DNA from: a bacterium
Lineage (GTDB): Bacteria; Hinthialibacterota; Hinthialibacteria; Hinthialibacterales; Hinthialibacteraceae
Assembly (NCBI GenBank): GCA_963663405.2
Contig: CAXXSM010000132.1
Location: 96,001-160,000, forward strand
DNA length: 64,000 bases
Reading direction: 5' to 3'
A model generated the notes under the pieces. The model ran no database searches. It saw only the letters and a program-made list of their open reading frames with translations, and had not been told where the DNA came from. Below, piece by piece: positions 1-9,933 of the stretch (position 1 is its first letter; the number at the start of each line of letters is the position of its first letter). Position numbers and translations under genes: made by a program.

Positions 1-21
1 GGGATTCAGAGAGACCGTCCT

Positions 22-1929
22 TTGGGTGAGGCGCTGGAGGAAACGGAACTCCTGATGGATTTCCTGCCCGATTCGTTTGTTCGTCATCCGGATTGGGGCA
101 TTGGCCGGGTGAAAGACCTCGATATGACCGATAAAAAGGTCCTGATCAATTTCCAGCGCAAGCGGAACAATCTCATGGACCTGAAACTGGCGGTGAATGT
201 CGTCGATCGTTTAGCCAAGGATGACTTCCGGGTCTTGAGTGTGATCGATTTGGACAAATTGCAAAATTTGACAAATGAGAATCCTGTTGAACTGATCAAA
301 ATCCTCCTGCGGAGTTTTTCCAATTCCCTCTCTGCCAAGGAAATCAAGGAACAACTGGTTCCCAATGTGATCCCGATGAGAAAATGGACCTCCTGGTGGT
401 CCGCGGCCAATTCAGAACTGCGCAAGGATCCTTATATCGCGATCGAAGGGGGATCGGGAAAACGCTATACGATCCGTCAACAGGCTGCCAGCACGGAAGA
501 GGAACTCCTCAAAAAATTCGATGAAACCAAAGTTCCTCACGCCAAGGTAGATCGGATCTACGAATATCTTCGCAGCACAAAGAAAGATGACATTCAAGCC
601 TCGGTAATCAAACACTTTTCCAATAAGATCCACGCCATCATCCCCCGCCGCCGCAGCCAGTCCGAACGAGTGGAACTCTGGTTCACTAATGAAGACTTGA
701 AAGACATTGTGGAGGGGATTCAATCTGTTAAAACAGAAATCCTGGATGAATCGGTCAAGGATATGAAACGGGCGATCCGTATTCTCCAACGTCTCCGCTT
801 CAAACCCCACCAGCTTCGATTCATCAAACACTTCCAGCAAGTCTATCCGGATCACTGGATCGGCACGTTCTGTGATTTACTCTTGGAACCAAACGTTCTT
901 ATCCGGGATGAACTGATCAAGGAACTCGTCAGCGCGGACGCCAATGAGAAAATCGCGGGAGTTGTTGATACCGTCCTGAATGATTTCCGCCAGTATCCAT
1001 TTACCTTCATATGGATGGCTGCGAGATCGTTCGCGGGTAAATTTACCTGGCTGGAAGGAAAAATAGAGAATTACACGTTGATCGACCGCCTTCTCCTTTT
1101 GGTGGATAACCTGACGAACCAGGCCAAACGGCGTGAGAAAGATGAAGCGCTCTGGCTCCGTAAAGTCGCGGGAGACGCTCGCGAGATTATCCGCCGCAAT
1201 CATTATTCGCTCTTCAAAGAGAACATCATTGACGCGCCGGACGCGGTCGCCCAATCGATCTATCGCCGCGCGCAGACCAATGAAGGCATTGATTCCCGCA
1301 CGTCATCGGATCTTACCACCATTGTTCGGGCGCGGTATCCGGATCTGTTCGAAACGCACGTAGAAGAAGAAGACATCATTCCGGAAGGTTTGCTCTGCTT
1401 GAAGGCGTCACTCACGGTGAAGAAAACGCTCCTTAGACGTCTCATTGAACATGATCTGCCGGAAGTGGTCCAAGAAATCGAAATCGCCCGTCAGCATGGT
1501 GACTTGAAGGAAAACGCGGAATATCACGCCGCGAAAGACAAACAAAAACTCCTCGCCGCCCAAACGGGAGAATTACAGGAAGCGCTGCAAATCGCGAGAG
1601 TAGTCGAAATGGACGATGTAGACGCCAGCATCGTAGGATTTGGAACTCACTTCCATGTCTCACCACTTGGCGCCGAATCCCACGAAGATTATATCATGCT
1701 GGGCCCTTGGGAATCCGATCCCGAAAAGGGAGTTCTTTCCTACCAAGCCCCCTTCGCCCAAGCCTTCATGGGAAAAACACCCGGTGACAAAGTGGAAGTC
1801 GAACTCCCCCTTCACACAGGCCGCTATGAGATTATCTCCATCGAATCCATCCCACAAGAACGCCTAAGCAATATTATCAAAACCATCGAAGAACCTTTTG
1901 CATCCCTAGAACCAGTCACAGATGAATGA
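22..1929 (+). CDS. greA: Long transcription elongation factor GreA (large N-terminal extension plus C-terminal GreA domain); probably truncated at the window edge
   Basis: C-terminal ARQHGDLKENAEYHAAK and LGPWESDPEKGVLSYQAPFA are GreA signatures; the frame is open back to the window start. Confidence 0.85.
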   Translation: MGEALEETELLMDFLPDSFVRHPDWGIGRVKDLDMTDKKVLINFQRKRNNLMDLKLAVNVVDRLAKDDFRVLSVIDLDKLQNLTNENPVELIKILLRSFSNSLSAKEIKEQLVPNVIPMRKWTSWWSAANSELRKDPYIAIEGGSGKRYTIRQQAASTEEELLKKFDETKVPHAKVDRIYEYLRSTKKDDIQASVIKHFSNKIHAIIPRRRSQSERVELWFTNEDLKDIVEGIQSVKTEILDESVKDMKRAIRILQRLRFKPHQLRFIKHFQQVYPDHWIGTFCDLLLEPNVLIRDELIKELVSADANEKIAGVVDTVLNDFRQYPFTFIWMAARSFAGKFTWLEGKIENYTLIDRLLLLVDNLTNQAKRREKDEALWLRKVAGDAREIIRRNHYSLFKENIIDAPDAVAQSIYRRAQTNEGIDSRTSSDLTTIVRARYPDLFETHVEEEDIIPEGLLCLKASLTVKKTLLRRLIEHDLPEVVQEIEIARQHGDLKENAEYHAAKDKQKLLAAQTGELQEALQIARVVEMDDVDASIVGFGTHFHVSPLGAESHEDYIMLGPWESDPEKGVLSYQAPFAQAFMGKTPGDKVEVELPLHTGRYEIISIESIPQERLSNIIKTIEEPFASLEPVTDE

Positions 1930-2078
1930 TGTTTAAGCCATTGTAATTCAAGTATTTTTGAAGGGCGAATGGGGATGACGGCAATTACAATTACAAATCC
2001 GATACGTTTTAATGATATCATTCTCAGTGATCGTACTCACCTTTCTTTGTTGATGTAATATTGTTGATGCTTTAAAGA

Positions 2079-2975
2079 ATGGAGCATATCATGAATAATA
2101 TGTCTCTTATTATGTTTTTGAGTATTTTTGTTATCTTTTCATTAAGCATTGCTTCCGCTCAAGATGGGGAATTCGATATCCAAGAAAATCTTCGGATCTA
2201 TGTCGAAACCATGACTCCTGAGCTGTGGCAGTGGCCCGATCGCGTGATAATGATGGAAAAGAAAGGAATAAATATCAATAAATTTTCATACGCTATTCTT
2301 AATGATCTAGAGTATTCTGAATATTGGAACGATGCATTATTCTTAAATGCTGGGAATTACTATCTTCATAAAAAGAATGAATACAATCAGTTATTTTTTG
2401 AAATGTGTGATTTTCTCCAAAGAGAAGAACGTGTGACGAGTTATCCTGTTTTGAATGCTAAGGTATCTGCATTGAATATTATTAAATCGCTTCTTGGCCC
2501 TAAATCTTTTGATGACTCCAAGTATAAGTCCAAAGTTTTAGATACTCTATCTATTATTTTTAAAGATGGGAATCCGGTTGTCCCCACATATTGGATCAAT
2601 AAGTTCAATTTATCCTCTTTGGCAGATTCGCCGAAAGAGGATTTAGATGAATCTCAAATCAATTTATTACATATACCGGTTACAGCTTCAAGGATGTGTA
2701 TGAAGTTATTTTGGAGGCTATCCATTCTCACCGGGGATCCTAAATATTTTGAATCCTGTGAATCTGTATATAACTCTGATAATCCTCATCCTCAATTACT
2801 CGGTACGTTGGAATTTCTAAAAAGCGACACATGTAAATCTTCATGGAATTCTGGACGTTATGATCTGTTTACTTTCTATGAATCAAGATACTCGAACAAG
2901 AACCAATCGGAGCAAATTCCCATCACTCCCGTTGATCCTATGTCGATCAGAGAAGTTATGAAAAATAAAAAGTAA
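2079..2975 (+). CDS. Hypothetical exported protein, AT-rich
   Basis: 298-aa ORF with hydrophobic N-terminus ending IASAQ (signal-peptide-like); no family recognised. Confidence 0.65.
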   Translation: MEHIMNNMSLIMFLSIFVIFSLSIASAQDGEFDIQENLRIYVETMTPELWQWPDRVIMMEKKGININKFSYAILNDLEYSEYWNDALFLNAGNYYLHKKNEYNQLFFEMCDFLQREERVTSYPVLNAKVSALNIIKSLLGPKSFDDSKYKSKVLDTLSIIFKDGNPVVPTYWINKFNLSSLADSPKEDLDESQINLLHIPVTASRMCMKLFWRLSILTGDPKYFESCESVYNSDNPHPQLLGTLEFLKSDTCKSSWNSGRYDLFTFYESRYSNKNQSEQIPITPVDPMSIREVMKNKK

Positions 2976-3018
2976 ATATTGAATTAATCGTGCAGTTAAC
3001 ATTATTCTTGGATCGATT

Positions 3019-3753
3019 ATGACAGAGAAAACCAATAGACAATCCCCGCCACGTCCTTGGATTTTTATGGACGCGGGGGATACGTTCATCTATGGCTATC
3101 CAACCTTCTACCAGGCGCTTCAAGACCGTTGGATCGCCGAAAACAGCCATATTGAAATCGAAACCATAAAACAAACCGTCTCTGAGTTTATGAAGGAGAC
3201 GCCGCCTAGAGACCTGAACACCAATGCGCTATTTGATCAGTATTTTAAAACCCTTTACCGGAGTATTTTCAAAACCCTTTCATTTCCGGGGGATATTGAA
3301 AAATCCATCAAAGTATTGGGGGAAGAATGGCTGGAGGGAAAGCGCCTGCGCCTTCTGGACGATGCGCTTTCTTCGCTGAATCGTTTACGCGGCGCAGGCT
3401 TGAAACTGGGGGTGATTTCGAATTGGGATGAGACGCTTGATTCCGTCCTGCGGCGGCTGGAGGTCATCGATCTGTTTGAAATCACGATCGCATCGTGTCA
3501 GGTGGGCCGTTCAAAACCCGATCCGGAGATCTTCAAAATCGCCTTTGAACGCGCGAATACAACGGCGGACAAATGCTGGTATCTCGGCGATCAAATCGAG
3601 ACCGACATCCACCCCGCTAAAGCGTTGGGAATGAAGACGATTTACGTGGACTATTACGGCAAAGGCGGTGGAGATGGCGAAGCCGATTTTACGGCAAACA
3701 GTTTCAGCGTCGCGGCGGAATTTATTCTTGCCCGGCATAATATCCATAAATAA
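3019..3753 (+). CDS. HAD-superfamily hydrolase (subfamily IA)
   Basis: Motifs FMDAGDT, ISNWD, KPDPEIF, YLGDQIETDI. Confidence 0.9.
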   Translation: MTEKTNRQSPPRPWIFMDAGDTFIYGYPTFYQALQDRWIAENSHIEIETIKQTVSEFMKETPPRDLNTNALFDQYFKTLYRSIFKTLSFPGDIEKSIKVLGEEWLEGKRLRLLDDALSSLNRLRGAGLKLGVISNWDETLDSVLRRLEVIDLFEITIASCQVGRSKPDPEIFKIAFERANTTADKCWYLGDQIETDIHPAKALGMKTIYVDYYGKGGGDGEADFTANSFSVAAEFILARHNIHK

Positions 3754-3826
3754 CCCTCATACCTTTTATCCGATACCGCGAATTCTTTAACTGATTTTCC
3801 GCAGATACGTCAATTAATCTCCTCAA

Positions 3827-4909
3827 TTATAGATTGCGGCGTTCAATAGTCGCCATGCGTTGGTGTTTCGTCTTTTCTTTAATGGGCGCGGATTCGTCTT
3901 GAGCTGGAGTGGAGGAAGATTTTAAAGGTTTAATCGTTTCTTCTTTGACGGTTTCTCCAATGATCTCTTGGATCTGGGTTAAAACCATTTCTGTTTCTTT
4001 TTCTTTTTGCCTTACTATGGCCTGTTCCATTTGAACTGCGTTTAATTCCTTCTGATTCTTTTCCATTTGTTGTGCGCAGGCAATCAGTTTTTTTTGGTAT
4101 TCCTCCTTGTTGATCTCGTCTTTCTGTGTGAGAATCTGCTTCAAATTTTCCGCTGCTTTCCGAAGGTTCCTTTGTTCTTCCCGTAAAATACTTTCCCGTT
4201 GCGCGATCAAATGAAGGCGCCAATTCAAAACGATTCTCTTCTGGTTTTCCAATTTCAACCGGAGCCGATTGCCTGCGGCGATATCCGTTGAGAGGCCGCG
4301 GCTTAAGACAAGATAACGTTTTTTCGACCGGGTGAGTTCGATTGCTAACTGGGTCGCTTCATCGGTTCGCCCTTCTTTTTGCAGATTCAACAGCTCGGCC
4401 ATTTTCTGCTCGAATTCTTGGATGAAAGGCGTTTTATCACGTGTTTCTTGAATCCGTTCTTCTCGAATTCGAAGTTCTTTGAGAAGATTGCTGACTTGAT
4501 GAGAAACGCGGTCTAACTGCGCTTTGGCGCGGTTGATTTCTCCTTCGGGAATTTGATACTTGCTTTTATAGCGTTTCAATGTGCTGAACGCCAACACTAC
4601 AAGTACTTTCAGTTCCTTGCCCAGAATTTTTGGATGATTTTTAAGCGAACTGCGAACGCTGCTTTTGATGGTTTCCTTTTGAGTGTTGACCTTCCGGTGC
4701 AGAACCGCTTCAGCCTGCAAAACGTCCAACCAGTGGATTGCGCCGTCTTCCACGACGGGTGTCAGCTCGTGGGGAGAATATTCTGCGCCCTTGAATGTCT
4801 TTGCCACAACCGACTCTAGGAAATCTCCAAATTGTTCAATTGATAATTTCTCGGATTGGGGAACGAAGATATTCTGAAAAGAAATCGTATACTCTTCCTG
4901 GCCCGCCAT
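3827..4909 (-). CDS. Hypothetical coiled-coil protein (paralog of 5070-6185)
   Basis: Long E/K/Q-rich helical ORF; start MAGQEE chosen by alignment with the paralog. Confidence 0.75.
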   Translation of the reverse strand: MAGQEEYTISFQNIFVPQSEKLSIEQFGDFLESVVAKTFKGAEYSPHELTPVVEDGAIHWLDVLQAEAVLHRKVNTQKETIKSSVRSSLKNHPKILGKELKVLVVLAFSTLKRYKSKYQIPEGEINRAKAQLDRVSHQVSNLLKELRIREERIQETRDKTPFIQEFEQKMAELLNLQKEGRTDEATQLAIELTRSKKRYLVLSRGLSTDIAAGNRLRLKLENQKRIVLNWRLHLIAQRESILREEQRNLRKAAENLKQILTQKDEINKEEYQKKLIACAQQMEKNQKELNAVQMEQAIVRQKEKETEMVLTQIQEIIGETVKEETIKPLKSSSTPAQDESAPIKEKTKHQRMATIERRNL

Positions 4910-5069
4910 TATTTTTGTTACTCCCAATGAATCGGTTGGTGGATCGGAAAAACGAAACACTCTATGATGAAAACTTCTTCTGGACCGGTGAAATTATGTC
5001 TCGTGGAAAATGAGCGCAATCCTAATTCCATCTGCTTTACCCATCCCATTGACTCCCACAAATCCGCAA

Positions 5070-6185
5070 TCACCGGCGATGTTTGCCAAAGTGCATTCCC
5101 TGCGAACGACTCTCTTTTTCCGGAACGTTGGGTGTGGATTCTTGGATCTTGGGCCGTTGACTTTTTTTGACGGATTCTTTGATATCGTCTTTCATGTCAA
5201 CTTCTTGCAAGACGGTTTCCGAAATCGTCGAAATGACGGATTGCACTTCCCGCTCCTGCCGCTCCAGTATTTGTGTTTCCTGATCTAACGCGCCCAATTC
5301 CGTGCTCTTTTTATCGATCTCCTCTTTCTTCGTTTTCAGATCGTAGATCTGCATCCGATAGATTTCCTCTTTCGCTAAATCCTTTCCTTCTTTTTCCGCT
5401 TCTATGAGTTTCTCTTTGATTTCTTTTAGATTGTTCTCGATCGAAGAAATTTCCAATGCCAAGGAATCCCGCCGGGAGGAACAGATTTCATTCTGCGTGC
5501 TGAGTATCCGCTTTTTCGTTTTCTGTAAACCAAGCCGGTGGTAATAAATCGTCCGGACATCCGGTTCGAGCGCGCGGGATAGCAAGATATATCGTTTTTT
5601 GTTTTTCGCCAATTCTCTAGCGAGCGCGCCGGCCCGCGCCATATTCCCGGCGGCTTTTTCATTTAAAAATTCCCCCATTAATTCTTCGTATTCCGACAAC
5701 ATGGGGACACGGCTCCGTTTTTCGTTTAGCAACAACTCGCTTTCCCTTGTATCAGTGATGCCAGCCTTGATCTCACTTTGCCGCCGTATCAAAGTGGGTT
5801 CAATTCGTTGGGCATCCTGGGGACTGATGGTGTTTTCTTTTTTGTACTGCCCTAAAGTGTAGTGCGCCAACGCCAACAGGATTTCCAATTCCTGCCGGAG
5901 ATATTTCAACTCCCCCCGCAACGCCCGTTCGATATCCTGCCTGAGATCGTGTTCCCCTTTCATGTACTCCGTCGCTTGTTTTTGCGTCATCCAACAAATC
6001 GCGCCGTTATGCGCGATCCGCACAAGTTCGTTTGGATTCGACTGGGCTTTTCCCGATGCGATTGTCACCGCCTTCTGCAGGAACGCTTCCACCCGCTCCA
6101 GTGAAATGGAGTTTTGATCGGCGCCAAACAGTTGGTCAAACGATATGTTTGTCAATGCGCTTAAACTCAATTCCACATCCTCCAT
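5070..6185 (-). CDS. Hypothetical coiled-coil protein (paralog of 3827-4909)
   Basis: Shares KKRY(I/L)(L/V)LSR(A/G)L and GAI(C/H)W blocks with its neighbour; the AT-rich extension to 6314 is probably not coding. Confidence 0.75.
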   Translation of the reverse strand: MEDVELSLSALTNISFDQLFGADQNSISLERVEAFLQKAVTIASGKAQSNPNELVRIAHNGAICWMTQKQATEYMKGEHDLRQDIERALRGELKYLRQELEILLALAHYTLGQYKKENTISPQDAQRIEPTLIRRQSEIKAGITDTRESELLLNEKRSRVPMLSEYEELMGEFLNEKAAGNMARAGALARELAKNKKRYILLSRALEPDVRTIYYHRLGLQKTKKRILSTQNEICSSRRDSLALEISSIENNLKEIKEKLIEAEKEGKDLAKEEIYRMQIYDLKTKKEEIDKKSTELGALDQETQILERQEREVQSVISTISETVLQEVDMKDDIKESVKKSQRPKIQESTPNVPEKESRSQGMHFGKHRR

Positions 6186-6474
6186 ACCCGGCTCAATACA
6201 AGTTACAATGGATAATATATAACATTTTAATGTAAAAATATAGATAGATAAAAACATTATGTAAATTAAAATCGTTAATAGAAATATCAAATGTCTTTGA
6301 GAACAAAAACGCATGAATGAATTAAAGAACGAGTATTCTCCACCGTGATCCAGTATATAATCGAGCGGATTCGCGGTATCGATATGTACATTTTGATAGG
6401 ATCAGATGTACAATAATAAAAGTGTAATTGGCGATTCCCATTTGAGATGAGGATAAAGAGTCTGAATTGCGATT

Positions 6475-7239
6475 ATGATCCGAATAGAAAATCTGACAAA
6501 ATATTATGGAAAAGTACGCGCCGTTCACGATCTGTCTTTGGAGATCGAAAGAGGCGAGTTCTTTGGATTTCTAGGACCCAACGGGGCTGGAAAAACAACG
6601 ACGATTAAAATCATTGTCGGACTGCTGCGGGCGACGTCTGGAAATGTAATACTATCCGGGGGAGACCACGAAGAATATGATATCGAACGGGACGCGGAAA
6701 AGGCCAAAGCCATCACTGGATATATCCCTGACAGTCCCTACCTTTATGATAAACTGACGGGCTATGAATACATCCATTTCGTCGGTGGCCTTTATGGTGT
6801 GCCTGAAAAGAAAGTGGACGAACATATCCAACAGTATTTCTCCTTATTTGGTTTGTTGGACGCCGCGCATTATTTAATTGAATCCTATTCTCATGGCATG
6901 CGCCAAAAAGTGGTGATGACCGGCGCCTTGGTTCATGATCCCAAAGTATTGGTGGTGGATGAACCCATGGTGGGCTTGGATCCGCGCAGCAGCCGGCTCG
7001 TTAAAGACCTGCTGAAACAGAAAAGCAAGGAAGGGATGACCATTTTTCTTTCCACCCACACTCTGGACGTGGCGGAAGAATTATGTGACCGCATCGGGAT
7101 CATCCACAAAAGTCAACTGATCGCGCTTGGGACCATTGAAGAATTGCAGCGGCAGGCGAAAGAAGCCTCCTCCGGCTTGCGCTTGGAATCGGTTTTTCTT
7201 AAACTAACGGAAGAAAATAACGAAAGTACGATCGAATAA
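6475..7239 (+). CDS. ABC transporter ATP-binding protein (ABC-2/CcmA-like)
   Basis: Walker A GPNGAGKTT, signature YSHGMRQK, Walker B VVDEP, H-loop STH. Confidence 0.95.
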   Translation: MIRIENLTKYYGKVRAVHDLSLEIERGEFFGFLGPNGAGKTTTIKIIVGLLRATSGNVILSGGDHEEYDIERDAEKAKAITGYIPDSPYLYDKLTGYEYIHFVGGLYGVPEKKVDEHIQQYFSLFGLLDAAHYLIESYSHGMRQKVVMTGALVHDPKVLVVDEPMVGLDPRSSRLVKDLLKQKSKEGMTIFLSTHTLDVAEELCDRIGIIHKSQLIALGTIEELQRQAKEASSGLRLESVFLKLTEENNESTIE

Positions 7240-7243
7240 GTTT

Positions 7244-7777
7244 ATGGATGCGGCTCAATCTCCTCAACAAACGGCGGTTCGTCAATTTACGGCTTCCCGT
7301 TTCGGCGCCATTGAGATTAAGGAAACGGAAATCATCAAGTTTCCCGAAGGGCTCCTTGGATTCAATCACCTGCATGAGTACGTCTTGTTGAAAGATCCCA
7401 AGCAGGAGCCATTCCTCTGGCTGCAATCCCTTGAAGATCCCAATCTCGCTTTTGTCGTGGTCTCTCCGTTTCTGTTTTTTCCCGGCTATGAAATTAATGT
7501 TAAAGCCCACGAACTCACTGTGATACAACTCGAGGATATCACCAAAGCGGAAATATTGACAATCATCACGATTCCCTCCGATCCCAAGAACCTGACGGCC
7601 AACTTGCGCGGGCCCCTTGTCATCAACAGTGAAATGAAATTGGCGAAACAACTGGTTTTGATCGACGAACGCTATAACACAAGACATTTCTTGTTGAAAG
7701 AAATCCCTCCCTATCTAGCGGCGCCAGGGGGACGGGACGTGAATAAAAAAAACGAAACCGCAGACGCGGATGAATAA
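7244..7777 (+). CDS. fliW: FliW, CsrA antagonist / flagellar assembly factor
   Basis: [42 protein letters not shown]; adjacent to csrA. Confidence 0.93.
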   Translation: MDAAQSPQQTAVRQFTASRFGAIEIKETEIIKFPEGLLGFNHLHEYVLLKDPKQEPFLWLQSLEDPNLAFVVVSPFLFFPGYEINVKAHELTVIQLEDITKAEILTIITIPSDPKNLTANLRGPLVINSEMKLAKQLVLIDERYNTRHFLLKEIPPYLAAPGGRDVNKKNETADADE

Positions 7778-7887
7778 ATGAAAGTGGCTGGAATGCGAAT
7801 GAACCATGTGTGTATAAACCCTCCTTCCCCGGATCAGCCGGTTGGATGCGGCGGGAATGCGTTGGATATAAGATGGGGGGCGCATGG

Positions 7888-8151
7888 ATGCTTGTCTTAA
7901 GCCGCAAGAAGGATGAAAGCATTATAATCGGTGATGACGTCGTCATCACTGTTGTGGATATCAAGGGCGAACAGGTTAAAATCGGCGTCACCGCGCCGAA
8001 AAGCGTCTCTATCCACCGCAAGGAGGTCTATGAGGCCATCCAAAAAGAGAATAAAGCCGCCGCCCAAGCCAATCTCACCAATCTCACTGGCCTCATCAAG
8101 GTTCTCCAAACTCAACAAACCACCGGCGAAGAATCCCCTGCAAAGAAATAA
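7888..8151 (+). CDS. csrA: Carbon storage regulator CsrA
   Basis: [48 protein letters not shown], with the C-terminal extension typical of FliW-regulated CsrA. Confidence 0.97.
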   Translation: MLVLSRKKDESIIIGDDVVITVVDIKGEQVKIGVTAPKSVSIHRKEVYEAIQKENKAAAQANLTNLTGLIKVLQTQQTTGEESPAKK

Positions 8152-8234
8152 TACATTCTATTTTCTTTTACTTGGCACACTATTTGCAATTTAATCCCAA
8201 TCAGCGCCCCATAGTTACCGAAGGAGAGGAAAAA

Positions 8235-9422
8235 ATGGCCGATCGATTTATTCCGATTAGGCAAAATGTTCAGCCTGCGGTTTTAGTTCAGCCGCCAATA
8301 CTGCCGGATTCCTACAATCCGGAAGGCCCCTCCGATCTTTCTTTTGAAAGCGTTCTCAGCCGTCAGCAGCTTTCCGCCGCCAATTTGAAAACCATGCGGA
8401 CACCGTCGTTTATGACTGTCCCATCCAACAGCGCCGCAGCCACTACGCCGTCCACACCCACAGCGTCCGTAAACGGCGTTACATTCACTGGACTGCAAGG
8501 CCCTGTTCAATCAATTGATCCGGAAGTACTGGAAACCAGTTCCAGTTTAATTTCAAATATGCCTGTTCAACATCCCCAGGGGAAAGCGCTGGAGAATGAG
8601 GTCATCAACAATTTGAAACAAGGACAAACATGGCGGAACGCTCCATCCGCGGATATAAACACAACAATTACGACTGCGGGAGAAAAGGGAATATCTCAAT
8701 CTCTGCCTCCAAATCAGAAAATGTCAATGAAAGCTTCTTTTTCTCCCGCCTCTTTCCCGCAAAACACCGGACGCCTATCAAGAGCCGGTTCGATGATATC
8801 TCAATACACGCCTGATCAGGCGCCACTGACGAACCAACCGGCTTTTGGAACTATGGCGGCGCCGCAGAACACGGCTGGGAACGCGGTTTCCTCCGAACAA
8901 TCCATCGTTCCTGAAATGTCCATGCCGGCGGTCTATCAACAAGCGCTGGCCGCTTCCTCCACCGCGCCGGTCGGAGAGACTCCGCATACGGACGCGCGCA
9001 AAACACAGTTCAATACCGGGGAACGGACTCATCCACAACCATCCAAACGGAAGGGATTTTTCCAAGCCGCTGGTTCAATCTTCACGAATCTGGCCAGTGG
9101 TTTGACGTTTGGTATATTCCGGCCAAAAGGGGAAGAAGCGCCCCAAGGATTGGCCCGTGTCGCCTATCCGTTCAAGAAACTTGTATGGGATACGCCGAAA
9201 TCCATTATCGTCGATACGCCCGTGGGGATCTATCATTCAGCGGGTCAGGCGTTCAATAAAGGAAAAGACGCTTCATCAAATCCCGAAATCGCTTCGGCCT
9301 CCACGGCGCCGGGCACGGACAACTCCATCGCCGAAAACTCTCGGAGAAGACGCGCTCCCCGCTTTTCCATCGATTCCACCCGTCTGAGCCTACAGCCAAA
9401 ACGCCGCTCTCTTGTTACCTAA
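8235..9422 (+). CDS. Hypothetical S/T/P/A-rich protein with a more ordered C-terminal segment
   Basis: Strong SD (aaggagagga) before ATG 8235; long low-complexity ORF. Confidence 0.7.
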   Translation: MADRFIPIRQNVQPAVLVQPPILPDSYNPEGPSDLSFESVLSRQQLSAANLKTMRTPSFMTVPSNSAAATTPSTPTASVNGVTFTGLQGPVQSIDPEVLETSSSLISNMPVQHPQGKALENEVINNLKQGQTWRNAPSADINTTITTAGEKGISQSLPPNQKMSMKASFSPASFPQNTGRLSRAGSMISQYTPDQAPLTNQPAFGTMAAPQNTAGNAVSSEQSIVPEMSMPAVYQQALAASSTAPVGETPHTDARKTQFNTGERTHPQPSKRKGFFQAAGSIFTNLASGLTFGIFRPKGEEAPQGLARVAYPFKKLVWDTPKSIIVDTPVGIYHSAGQAFNKGKDASSNPEIASASTAPGTDNSIAENSRRRRAPRFSIDSTRLSLQPKRRSLVT

Positions 9423-9603
9423 AGAATCCCCCGTGATGTAAGGATCTTTTTCAACCGCTAATTCCGTATGGGGAAATAAGACGTAAGACGCATTTTTCTT
9501 TCCCAGGGAGCTTCCAGGCTTCCATTTCTCATAGTATGGTTATAATTTACATGATATATTTTTTTGGCAGAACCTAAAAAGGAGTAACAAGAAGGAGAAA
9601 GAA

Positions 9604-9837
9604 ATGGCTGATCTGAGTGAACGATGGGAAGATAACGTAGCGGGTAAATATTACGTCGACAAGAACTGCATCGTATGCGCGCTTTGTGTCGAACAGGCGC
9701 CCGATATGTTCAAGGAAAGCGATGATGGCGATCACGATATCGTCTATAAGCAGCCGGAAAATGAAGACGAAGAGAATTTAATAAAGCAAATGATAGAAGA
9801 ATGCCCGGTTGAAGCGATCGGTGATGACGGCGAATAA
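9604..9837 (+). CDS. Single-cluster ferredoxin
   Basis: CIVCALC...ECPVEAI, acidic 77 aa, SD aaggag. Confidence 0.92.
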   Translation: MADLSERWEDNVAGKYYVDKNCIVCALCVEQAPDMFKESDDGDHDIVYKQPENEDEENLIKQMIEECPVEAIGDDGE

Positions 9838-9861
9838 GTAAACCTATCTTTTAACGCAGCC

Positions 9862-9888
9862 TAAGACCCCTCGGTTCGAGGGGTCTTG
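9862..9888. terminator. Hairpin between convergent ferredoxin and kinase genes
   Basis: aagacccctcg-gtt-cgaggggtctt perfect inverted repeat. Confidence 0.7.
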
Positions 9889-9933
9889 CTATTTGAAACG
9901 AGTAGCGGTTTGCGCCGTCCAGAGTTTTTTCTT

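Noticed and set aside
6186-6474. N-terminal extension of the 414-aa ORF and small ORF 6322-6528
   Set aside because: AT-rich divergent promoter region; paralog alignment supports the start at 6185.
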